Positions 28,190-36,214 are shown, counted from the first letter of the stretch. The stretch is DNA of 64,000 nt from an uncultured Verrucomicrobiae bacterium (GCA_963744965.1 CAVUVT010000008.1:69767-133766), one strand, 5' to 3'. Numbers and translations are program-made. The notes: generated from the sequence alone by a model not told the origin.

Positions 28190-28264
28190 ATTTACGATTG
28201 GCGATTTACGATTGACGCGACCAGTATAAATGACGCGTAAATCGTAATTCGTAAATCTTAAATC
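28190..28264. repeat. inverted repeat built from heptamer arrays
   Basis: Left arm ATTTACGATTGGCGATTTACGATTGACGCG. Right arm CGCGTAAATCGTAATTCGTAAATCTTAAATC. Confidence 0.75.
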
Positions 28265-28266
28265 CC

Positions 28267-28827
28267 ATGCCCAGGCCTTGGAAACAAATCAGTTCAAAAC
28301 TCATCGGTGATTTCCGCATCTTCAAGCTGCGCTCGGACGTCTGCCTCTCGCCGCGCACCGGCAAGGAACATGATTTTTACGTCCTCGAAAGTGTCAACTG
28401 GGTCAATGTCATCGCCCTCACGCCCGACCAGCAGTTGGTGATGGTGGAGCAATACCGCGTCGGCTCGAACACGGTGGAACTCGAAATTCCCGGCGGCATG
28501 ATGGACGCGGGCGAAACCGACCCGGTGACGACCGCCGTGCGCGAATTGCGCGAAGAAACCGGCTACGAAGGCGAAAACTCGCGCGTGCTGGGAAAAATCT
28601 GGTCCAACCCGGCCATCCTGAACAACCGGACCTTCACCATCCTGATTGAAAACTGCCGGTTGAAGCACGCGGTGAAGTTCGATGGCGGCGAGGATTTGGT
28701 GACGCGGCTGGTGCCGGTGGCGGAAGTGACGAAACTCGTCGCCGACGAAAAAATCGGCCACCCCCTTGTCGTTGTCGCGCTGTATCATTTCGATTTGTGG
28801 CAGAGGGGGATTAAAAAAATATTCTGA
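28267..28827 (+). CDS. NUDIX hydrolase (ADP-ribose pyrophosphatase-like)
   Basis: Nudix box GGMMDAGETDPVTTAVRELREETG. Confidence 0.9.
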   Translation: MPRPWKQISSKLIGDFRIFKLRSDVCLSPRTGKEHDFYVLESVNWVNVIALTPDQQLVMVEQYRVGSNTVELEIPGGMMDAGETDPVTTAVRELREETGYEGENSRVLGKIWSNPAILNNRTFTILIENCRLKHAVKFDGGEDLVTRLVPVAEVTKLVADEKIGHPLVVVALYHFDLWQRGIKKIF

Positions 28828-28938
28828 GTGTCACGAATCTTTTTAACAAAGGAGCTTGTTTCTTGTCACGGCCTTCGGGAGCATTTTCCAAACGCGCGGT
28901 GAATTTCCGGCAACAGGAGCAGCCTGGTGATTTTTACC

Positions 28939-29092
28939 GTAGCACCCGCGTCTCGCGGGTTGAATTCGGCGTCCCGCCGAATTCTGTTGTGTGACATAGG
29001 TTGCAGGCAATCGGGCAAGTGTGAAACGTTCGTTCGTCCCGCAACAGTTTCGGGCGGGACGCCCGAAACAACAGGCCGGAGGCCTGTGCTAC
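28939..29092. repeat. REP cluster: family 2 REP plus second hairpin, an inverted second-hairpin module, and a family 1 half-REP
   Basis: GTAGCACCCGCGTCTCGCGGGT + GAATTCGGCGTCCCGCCGAATTC (28939-28985); GTTTCGGGCGGGACGCCCGAAAC (29047-29069); ACAGGCCGGAGGCCTGTGCTAC (29071-29092). Confidence 0.8.
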
Positions 29093-32025
29093 CCCAGACT
29101 CACCGGATCAATATCCACCATGAGCGTTACGTCTTCGGGCAAGACGAGCGTTTCGATGATTTTTGCCAGGGCCAGGCTCAGTTTGCTCATCGCGCGCGTC
29201 CGCAGCATGATTTGGTAGCGGTAAAAAGTTTCCGCGCGCAGCAATGGTGCCGGCGCCGGACCGGCGATGATTAAGTCGCGGAAGTCCACAGTCTTCAGTC
29301 CACAGTCGGATTTTGCGCTGGCCGGACCGTCTGAGGGCTGAGGACTGTGAACTGTGGACTGCGGATTGCGGACTGCGGACTCAAGGACTTTTCGCAAATG
29401 TTCGGCGGAAAATTTTACCTTGTCCTCATTGCGGCCCTTGAGCGTGAGCAGCGCGACACGACTGACGGGCGGATATTTCAGTTGTTCACGGAACTCGATT
29501 TCCTGTTCGTAAAAGCCGGGGAAGTCGTGGCGGCGCGAGTATTGAATCGCCGGATGAAACGGCGCAAATGCCTGCACGAACACCTCGCCCTCAACGTCGC
29601 CGCGGCCGGCGCGCCCGGCGACCTGCGTGAGCAGTTGGAAGGTGCGCTCGCCCGCGCGAAAATCCGGCTGATGTAGCGCGAGATCGGCGTAAATGATGCC
29701 CACGAGCGTGACGTTCGGGAAATGCAGCCCCTTCGCAATCATCTGCGTCCCGACGAGGATGTCGGTCTTGCCGGTGCGGAAATCTCCGAGCGTTTTCCGG
29801 TAATCATCCTTGCGTTTCATCGTGTCGGCGTCCATGCGTTTGACGCGCGCTTGGGGAAATAGTTTGGCGAGCGTCTCCTCGACCCGCTGCGTGCCCGTGC
29901 CGGCAAAACGAATCGCGGGATTTTTGCATTTTTCGTTCGGGCAAACGGACGGCACCGGCGCGACATGACCGCAAATGTGGCAGCAAAGCTTTTGCTCCTG
30001 CCGATGAAACGTGAGCGCCAGGCTGCAATTCGGACATTGCGCCACGTAACCGCATTTCGGGCATTGCAGCGAAGTCGAGTAGCCGCGCCGGTTCAAAAAC
30101 AAAATCGTTTGCTCGCCACGTTCGAGCCGTTGGGTGATGGCTTCCTTGAGTTGTGGCGAAAAAATCGGGATGCCTTCCTTCCCGCGCTGGCGGGACGCGG
30201 CTTGGCGCATGTCCACGACGCGTACGTGCGGCATTTTCTGGTCGTCCACGCGCTCCGGCAATTCGAGCAGCGTATATTTGCCGTGTTTGCAATTGTAATA
30301 GCTTTCCAGCGACGGTGTGGCCGAACCGAGCACGACGACGGCATTTTCCATCCGGCCGCGCATAATGGCCACGTCGCGGGCATGGTAGCGCGGCGCTTCC
30401 TCCTGCTTGTAGGTGTGCTCGTGTTCCTCGTCCACGATGATGAGGCCGAGCGGCTCGACCGGCGCAAAAATCGCCGAACGGGCGCCAATGACGATGCGGG
30501 CACGGCCTTGGCGGATTTTGTGCCATTCGTCATGGCGTTCGCCGGCGGACAAATGCGAATGCAAGACCGCCACGAGCGTTTGCAGTCTGCCGGAACTGAA
30601 CCGCGCCTTGAATCGCTCGACCGTCTGCGGTGTGAGCGAGATTTCCGGCACAAGCACAATCGCACCCTGGCCTCGTTCGAGCGCGTGGGCGAGGGCTTGG
30701 AGGTAGATTTCCGTCTTGCCCGAGCCGGTGACTCCATGAAGCAAGAAAACTTGAGATGGCTTTGCGGTGTCCGATTCCTGTTGTGTAGCACCCGCGTCTC
30801 GCGGGTCATGTTTGGCGTCCCGCCGAACATTTTCAAGGGTGTCGGATGCCACCGGCGTCCAGATGTAAGGATAATCTTCCATGGGTCCGACCAGCCCAAT
30901 CGTCCGCGGGTTGTTCCAAATGTAATCCCAGGTTTTGTGCAAGTCTGCTTCGGATCGAATCAGGCGGTCAAAGGATTCATCCGTCCAGACCGGCCCGGAA
31001 CGTTGCATCACCTTGTTCACCTCGTGGGCGGAAAATGATTTGATACTGTGTAGAATTCCGGTGAGCGAGTGGACCCCGTCTTTTCCGGCTTCCTGAGTCG
31101 GTAAAGGTTGAATCAGCAAATGAACGTGGTCAGGCATGACACACGCGGCGTAACATTTCACTTTTTTACCGTGCCAGTGATGGCAGGCTTCCAGCGTTTT
31201 GGTGCGCGCCTCGGGAGAAAGAACAAGCTTATCGTGCGTCCGCCAGGTGACGTGATAGGTAAAACCCGGAATTTCAAAATGCGGCAGGCTGCGTTTGCGG
31301 GCGGTGGTTTCTGAAATCGGACCGGGTTTGGTTGCCGTACGAGAAGCGGGCGCGACGCCCGCCTCCACCCGCGTCCCGCGGGTGCTACCACAGCGATTCA
31401 TCGCCGCGATGATTTTCTCCAACGCTTTTGCCTGGGCATCATTCAATGCCAGCGGCTGGGACGGCAGAATATGTTCGCGGGCATACGGATCGCGCTCGGA
31501 AATCTGCGGGGCAATCTCAATCAGACCGCGGTCTTCAAGTTTGCGGACAGTGGCGGCGGTGGTTTCGGCCAGTTCGACCAACTCCTGCAACGGCAATTCA
31601 CGCCGTTCTTCGATGATGTTCCACACCTCGTGTTGACGTTTCGGCAATTTTGGAAATTCGCCGGGCGGTGGCACTGCGCGGACAAACAATCGCTCGCGCC
31701 AGCCGGATTCCTCCTTGCGCACGGCTTCGGGCAGAACGGATTTCAGCGCGGTTTCCGGCGCGCAACAGTAGTAATCGGCAATCCAGCGCGCGAGTTTCAG
31801 GACCTTCGGCGTGACGAGCGTCTGGGCGCCGATGACTTTCAGAATGGGTTTGAGATTGGTATGTGCGGATTCCTCGGCGAGGGCGGTGACGCAACCCAGG
31901 ATTTTTCGCGGGCCGAATGGCACCTGTACGCGGCTGCCGACCTCGATTTGTCCGGCCAATCCGGGCGGAATCTGATAATCGAACTCCTTGCGGAGCGCGA
32001 TTTCGAGGCTGACGCGGGCAATCAT
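29089..32025 (-). CDS. priA: primosomal replication-restart helicase PriA carrying in-frame insertions (978 aa)
   Basis: PriA N-terminal domain, Walker A GVTGSGKTEIYL, DEEH box, and Cys-rich zinc region CPKCG...CPNCS...CHICGH. About 211 extra aa lie before Walker A and about 33 extra aa near the C-terminus. Confidence 0.9.
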   Translation of the reverse strand: MIARVSLEIALRKEFDYQIPPGLAGQIEVGSRVQVPFGPRKILGCVTALAEESAHTNLKPILKVIGAQTLVTPKVLKLARWIADYYCCAPETALKSVLPEAVRKEESGWRERLFVRAVPPPGEFPKLPKRQHEVWNIIEERRELPLQELVELAETTAATVRKLEDRGLIEIAPQISERDPYAREHILPSQPLALNDAQAKALEKIIAAMNRCGSTRGTRVEAGVAPASRTATKPGPISETTARKRSLPHFEIPGFTYHVTWRTHDKLVLSPEARTKTLEACHHWHGKKVKCYAACVMPDHVHLLIQPLPTQEAGKDGVHSLTGILHSIKSFSAHEVNKVMQRSGPVWTDESFDRLIRSEADLHKTWDYIWNNPRTIGLVGPMEDYPYIWTPVASDTLENVRRDAKHDPRDAGATQQESDTAKPSQVFLLHGVTGSGKTEIYLQALAHALERGQGAIVLVPEISLTPQTVERFKARFSSGRLQTLVAVLHSHLSAGERHDEWHKIRQGRARIVIGARSAIFAPVEPLGLIIVDEEHEHTYKQEEAPRYHARDVAIMRGRMENAVVVLGSATPSLESYYNCKHGKYTLLELPERVDDQKMPHVRVVDMRQAASRQRGKEGIPIFSPQLKEAITQRLERGEQTILFLNRRGYSTSLQCPKCGYVAQCPNCSLALTFHRQEQKLCCHICGHVAPVPSVCPNEKCKNPAIRFAGTGTQRVEETLAKLFPQARVKRMDADTMKRKDDYRKTLGDFRTGKTDILVGTQMIAKGLHFPNVTLVGIIYADLALHQPDFRAGERTFQLLTQVAGRAGRGDVEGEVFVQAFAPFHPAIQYSRRHDFPGFYEQEIEFREQLKYPPVSRVALLTLKGRNEDKVKFSAEHLRKVLESAVRNPQSTVHSPQPSDGPASAKSDCGLKTVDFRDLIIAGPAPAPLLRAETFYRYQIMLRTRAMSKLSLALAKIIETLVLPEDVTLMVDIDPVSLG
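29283..29381. repeat. 99-nt heptamer-array inverted repeat inside priA
   Basis: Left arm AGTCCACAGTCTTCAGTCCACAGTC. Right arm GACTGTGAACTGTGGACTGCGGATTGCGGACTGCGGACT. Translated as VRNPQSTVHSPQPSDGPASAKSDCGLKTVD. Confidence 0.8.
30785..31388 (-). mobile_element. REP-RAYT-REP unit (Y1 HUH transposase flanked by inverted GTAG hairpins) nested in priA
   Basis: Protein motifs FTYHVTWRT, PDHVHLLIQP (HUH) and WDYIWNNP (catalytic Tyr). Termini are GTAGCACCCGCG-NNN-CGCGGGT at 30785-30806 (plus strand) and 31388-31367 (minus strand). Confidence 0.8.
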
Positions 32026-32030
32026 GATGC

Positions 32031-32116
32031 GGTGACAAGCGGCAGGTGACGGGTGACAAGAACAAGCAAAGGCGCGCTGGCGTTTTTCATGTCACTTGTC
32101 ACTCGTCACGTGTCGC
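32031..32116. repeat. inverted repeat built from heptamer arrays (GGTGACA type)
   Basis: Left arm GGTGACAAGCGGCAGGTGACGGGTGACAAG. Right arm CATGTCACTTGTCACTCGTCACGTGTCGC. Confidence 0.7.
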
Positions 32117-32120
32117 ATTG

Positions 32121-32849
32121 TTAATCCCGCGAGATGGCGCGCAGCTCGGCTTCAAGCTGTTGTCGCAGCGATTCGCGCTCGGCGTCGGTGGCTTCGGCCG
32201 GCACGCGCATGATCCGGCCGACGGTGACTTCACAGCGTGCGAAGGGCAGCGGAATTTGAAACCGGTCCCAGCTTTTCACACGCAGTTTCCAACCCACGTT
32301 GAAAGCCACCGGCACCACGGGCAAACCCGTCACCTGCGCCAGCGACATGGCGCCATCCTGCACGACGTAACACGGGCCGCGCGGGCCATCCGGCGTGATG
32401 GTCAGGTCGTAGCCGCGCGCCGCCCAGGTGGTGAGTTCAAGCATTGCCTGCGGACCGCGCCGGCTGGTTGATCCGCGCACCGGCTGCACCCCGAACCATT
32501 CCAGAATGCCCGCGAGAAATGCCCCATCCCGGCTGGCGCTCACCAGCGCCGCCATGCCCCGGCCGGGCGCGTGCGATTTGCGATGGTCTTCATAAATTTT
32601 GATGCAGGATGCGAGCCGGTTGTGCCAGAAACAAAAAATCGCCGGGCCGGGGGCGTTGGGCGCGAAAAATTCCGAGCGTTCACGGAAACGGCAGCGCACC
32701 GTGACCATGAGCGCGCGCAACGAAACAAACACGGCGAACGCGCCGAGTCGCTGATGCCACTTTGCCTTGTGCGGCACGATCACACCGGATTTTCTTTTCT
32801 TTGCCGGCGGGCCAGTTTTTTCCGGCGGTGAACTCGCTTCAGTCATCAC
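32121..32849 (-). CDS. DUF374 / lysophospholipid acyltransferase-like protein
   Basis: FCFWHNRL ... SASRDGAFLAGIL ... ITPDGPRGP motifs. Confidence 0.8.
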   Translation of the reverse strand: MMTEASSPPEKTGPPAKKRKSGVIVPHKAKWHQRLGAFAVFVSLRALMVTVRCRFRERSEFFAPNAPGPAIFCFWHNRLASCIKIYEDHRKSHAPGRGMAALVSASRDGAFLAGILEWFGVQPVRGSTSRRGPQAMLELTTWAARGYDLTITPDGPRGPCYVVQDGAMSLAQVTGLPVVPVAFNVGWKLRVKSWDRFQIPLPFARCEVTVGRIMRVPAEATDAERESLRQQLEAELRAISRD

Positions 32850-33451
32850 GCTCCTTTTTTCAAACAGGCACGCACCAGGTCCTCCACCGTTGCCTTCGCG
32901 CCAAGCATGGTCTGGGCGGCACGAACGGCGTCGTGCGCGTCAATCTGTTTGTAACCGAGCGCCATCAGCGCCAGCACGGCGTCGTTGGCCTTTTGGTCGT
33001 CCGGCGAAAGCGCCCGTTGCGCGCTCGCGGCCTCCCACGCGCCCGCCGCGCCAATCTTGTCGCGCAACTCGACGATGATGCGTTCGGCGGTCTTTTTGCC
33101 AACGCCGGAAATTTGCGAGAGCGCCTTCACGTCGCCTCCAGCCACCGCGCCGCGAAATGCCGTCACGCTGATGCCACTCAAAATGTTTAGCGCGATCTTC
33201 GGCCCGATGCCGGAAACGGTGTTGACGAGCAGCCGGAACAAATCGCGTTCCGCCGCCGTCATGAAACCGTAAAGCGTGTGCGCGTCCTCGCGGATGACCA
33301 GTTGCGTGAGCAGCTTCACCGTGCCGCCCGGCTGCGGCAGCTTGTCGAACGACGACAGCGGAATGAGCGCTTCATAACCGACACCGTTGACATCCACGAC
33401 GACCTGGGTGGGCAGCGCCTCGATGAGTTTGCCTTGGAGGAAGGTGATCAT
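32846..33451 (-). CDS. ruvA: Holliday junction branch migration complex subunit RuvA
   Basis: MITFLQGKL...VVVDVNGVGYE, helix-hairpin-helix motifs (GIGPKIA, GVGKKTAERI) and C-terminal domain III. Confidence 0.95.
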   Translation of the reverse strand: MITFLQGKLIEALPTQVVVDVNGVGYEALIPLSSFDKLPQPGGTVKLLTQLVIREDAHTLYGFMTAAERDLFRLLVNTVSGIGPKIALNILSGISVTAFRGAVAGGDVKALSQISGVGKKTAERIIVELRDKIGAAGAWEAASAQRALSPDDQKANDAVLALMALGYKQIDAHDAVRAAQTMLGAKATVEDLVRACLKKGA

Positions 33452-33678
33452 ATTCCCATGCCCCCAAAGCCACCGTGTTGTTCATGAGGGCCGACATCGT
33501 CTATCTGCTGCTTAAATTCTTTCGTCCGTTTTTCTTCCTCTTCCATTTCCTTTTTTAAGGCCGCTATCTGTTCATCACTAAAGAGTAATTCTTCAGGCAA
33601 TGGTTTTTCGCAAACACCACAAATCTTGTTTTTGCGGCTGTAAATCGGCGCGTTGCAATAGGGACAACGAAATTCCAT
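33448..33678 (-). CDS. small zinc-ribbon protein (76 aa), hypothetical
   Basis: CPYC...CGVC followed by an acidic coiled coil. Lower GC than its neighbours. Stop overlaps the ruvA start (ATGA). Confidence 0.55.
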   Translation of the reverse strand: MEFRCPYCNAPIYSRKNKICGVCEKPLPEELLFSDEQIAALKKEMEEEEKRTKEFKQQIDDVGPHEQHGGFGGMGI

Positions 33679-33682
33679 AAAT

Positions 33683-34264
33683 CTAAATTTTCCTCAGTGG
33701 CGTCAGATGGTAGCGTGAATTTTCCTGCGCGTGCGCGAGCGCCAGCGCCAGCGCGTCGGCGGCGTCGGGCGCGGGCGGTTTGGGCAGATTCAACAGGCGC
33801 TGGACCATTTTGGCGACGGCGGATTTTTGCGCCGCGCCGTAGCCGACGACAGCCTGCTTCACCTTGCGCGGGGCGATTTCAAAAATTTCCAGTCCGGCTT
33901 CGGCAATGGCCGCCAGCGCCGCGCCGCGCGCCTCGCCCATGATGAGCGCGGTTTGCAGATTTTGCGCGTAAAACAGGCCCTCCACGACGCAGACCGCCGG
34001 CCGGTGATCGCGTAGAACTTCGCGGAGGGTCTGTGAAATTTTGACGAGGCAGCGCGAGCGTTCCCAGCCGGCCGGGCAGGAAATCGTGCCGTGCGCCAGC
34101 GCGAGCGGATGCGGTTTGGCGAGGCGAATCACGCCGTAGCCGGTGCCGCGCAGTGACGGGTCCACGCCCAGAATGACGCGATGAGAGCCGGGTGCGGCGC
34201 GCAACGCCGATGCAAAGACCGGCGAAACTGCGCGGGGGGAAGCGCCGCCGAGGCGTTCCTGCAT
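33683..34264 (-). CDS. ruvC: crossover junction endodeoxyribonuclease RuvC
   Basis: ILGVDPSLRGTGYGVI catalytic N-terminus. Start uncertain: ATG at 34264, or TTG at 34204 which gives the canonical length of about 173 aa. Confidence 0.88.
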   Translation of the reverse strand: MQERLGGASPRAVSPVFASALRAAPGSHRVILGVDPSLRGTGYGVIRLAKPHPLALAHGTISCPAGWERSRCLVKISQTLREVLRDHRPAVCVVEGLFYAQNLQTALIMGEARGAALAAIAEAGLEIFEIAPRKVKQAVVGYGAAQKSAVAKMVQRLLNLPKPPAPDAADALALALAHAQENSRYHLTPLRKI

Positions 34265-34389
34265 TTGTTCAAATTGCCGCCGCGTGATGCCCACGTGCGG
34301 ATTTTGCCAGCGGCGGAGAGGTTGCAAAAGGAAAAACGCCGGGCGCAACCTGCCCGCCGCGGCGTTTGACGCATCCGGCAAAAAGCAGG

Positions 34390-36030
34390 TCAGCGCGTCG
34401 GACCGTTGCCGGGACCACTTTGATTGTTGGAATTCTGCGGCGGTGGCGCGGAGGAATGGGAGTTCGACTCATTGTGTTGCGGGCGTGGCTGGGCCGGCGC
34501 CGCGGCGGGAGCGCCGTGGCGGCTGGCTTCGGATGCGCCGGAGGGATCCTGGTTGGCAGGGAGTATGGCTACCGGCGCATCGGAATTACGCGTGCTGTTG
34601 TACGGCGTGCCCGATGGTTGTTGCTCCTGCGCTCGTGGGGAGTAAGTCCGGCTGTTATAGTACGGTGCCAGCGCAACCGGCGGCGGTGATGGATAATAAC
34701 TGGCTGATGGCGGCGGGCGTTGCGTTTGGTTTTGGTTTGGAACGGAGAGATTGTTCCGCTGCTGCGGCTGTCCAACAGGTCGTGTTTGAGGCGTCGGCCA
34801 ATTGTTGTTCGGTTGCGGGGAATGATTATGTGCCGGAGACGCGGGTTGCGGCGGGCGACCGACGATCAGCGTGTTGCCATCGCGACTGAGTTGATCGCCG
34901 CGCGGGTCATGTCCGTATGGCGCGGCGGTGTCCCGGATGGCGACCGGACGGATGGGTGTGTGGGTGACGGCGGTGATGCGTTCCGGATCAATCCCCCGGT
35001 TGGCCAGGCTGCGGCCGTGACCGTTGAAATTGTTGATGACCGTCGTCTGATTGTAAATCTGCGTGACTTGGGCCGGTGCCGCGCAAAAATGGCGTGGATG
35101 CGGATCGCAAAAATGTTGTATCGGAACAAATATGAAACAATTTGCGCTCAAACCCCAGTTGAAACCGATGCTGACTGCGCTTCCGCGATAAAAGAAACCG
35201 ATGCCGGCCTGGTAGGTTGCATAAGGCGGCAGCGGTGCCCAGCCGCAGTAACCACTCGAATACCGCCAGGTCACCCAGGACGGGGCCCAAACGGTGTCGG
35301 GCGTCCAGCACCAGCCCCAGCGCGGATGCTGAAACCAGCGCCCGTAATGGAACGGCGCCCAGCCCCACGAATAATCCGAAAACCAATACCAGCCGCAGTC
35401 GGTATAAACCCAATGTCCATGATCGCAATACGGCTGCCAGCCGGCGTTGTAAACCACCACACTGGGCCGCCAGCACCATCCATAGTCGTCCACGTCCACC
35501 CAGGTGCCATACGGCGCAAGCGTGTCATAAAAATTGTTCACCGTGACTTCCGCCGGCTGCTCCGCCGGCTGCTCCGCCGGTTGCGGCGGCGGTGCGGTTT
35601 CCGGTTGCTCGGTTGGGACGGGTGGCGGCGCGGGAGCGGGTTGAGCCGGGGGTTGATACGCCGACGCAGCCATTTGCTGCTGCAACTGCTGGTCGTGTTG
35701 CATCATGGCGGTGACGACTTCGCTCGGCAGGCCAATGTCCTTCAAATAAATGATTTTGTCCGAATCGAGATTGAACGTGCTGCCGGAGTTCGTGACGTAA
35801 GTCATGATGATGCTTTCATCCACGCCGGCCTGCGTGAGCCGGATGACCTGTGCCAGCGGGCTGGATGGATAAACGTTCGGTGGCAATGCGCTTGATGCCG
35901 TTGCATTGCCCGATGGGGGTGGAGCAGGTTGTGCTTGCGCCGAGGAATTAAACGGTGAACGGACGCCCGTTAAACATAGAACCGCAATCGCCGTCCCCCA
36001 GACACACCTTTTGAAGAATTCGATTTTCAT
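34390..36030 (-). CDS. secreted proline-rich protein with a W/Y/G/C-rich central domain
   Basis: Signal peptide, P/Q-rich linkers and the core YGWCWRPSVVVYNAGWQPYCDHGHWVYTDCGWYWFSDYSWGWAPFHYGRW. Family not assigned. Confidence 0.7.
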   Translation of the reverse strand: MKIEFFKRCVWGTAIAVLCLTGVRSPFNSSAQAQPAPPPSGNATASSALPPNVYPSSPLAQVIRLTQAGVDESIIMTYVTNSGSTFNLDSDKIIYLKDIGLPSEVVTAMMQHDQQLQQQMAASAYQPPAQPAPAPPPVPTEQPETAPPPQPAEQPAEQPAEVTVNNFYDTLAPYGTWVDVDDYGWCWRPSVVVYNAGWQPYCDHGHWVYTDCGWYWFSDYSWGWAPFHYGRWFQHPRWGWCWTPDTVWAPSWVTWRYSSGYCGWAPLPPYATYQAGIGFFYRGSAVSIGFNWGLSANCFIFVPIQHFCDPHPRHFCAAPAQVTQIYNQTTVINNFNGHGRSLANRGIDPERITAVTHTPIRPVAIRDTAAPYGHDPRGDQLSRDGNTLIVGRPPQPASPAHNHSPQPNNNWPTPQTRPVGQPQQRNNLSVPNQNQTQRPPPSASYYPSPPPVALAPYYNSRTYSPRAQEQQPSGTPYNSTRNSDAPVAILPANQDPSGASEASRHGAPAAAPAQPRPQHNESNSHSSAPPPQNSNNQSGPGNGPTR

Positions 36031-36138
36031 AATCAGGCCGGTGTCAAATTAAGACGCCAGAGAGTATAACAAAGTTACGATGCATAAGTTGCGGAAAATG
36101 TTCCCGTCACGTGTGTTTCTGCGGCGCAACGGGTAAGA

Positions 36139-36214
36139 ATGGTACCCCCATCCCGAATTGAACGGGAATCAACGGTTTAGGAAACCGCTGCTCTATCCAT
36201 TTGAGCTATGGGGG
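36139..36214 (-). tRNA. tRNA-Arg (anticodon CCT)
   Basis: Hand-folded cloverleaf: acceptor GCCCCCA/TGGGGGT, anticodon stem GCGGT/ACCGT with loop TTCCTAA, T-arm TCCCG-TTCAATT-CGGGA, and an encoded CCA. Confidence 0.85.

Noticed and set aside
17024-29381. Short repeat arrays (heptamers, REPINs) as possible CRISPR arrays
   Set aside because: The units are 7-11 nt or isolated palindromes of about 25 nt. There are no regularly spaced 25-40 nt repeats with unique spacers, and no cas genes in the window.
30763-31395. Possibility that the PriA insert is an intein
   Set aside because: There are no intein splice-junction features: no Cys/Ser/Thr at the N-junction with a His-Asn plus Cys/Ser/Thr C-junction, and no Hint or LAGLIDADG motifs. 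The domain instead has HUH and catalytic-Tyr motifs of Y1 transposases and is bounded by REP hairpins.
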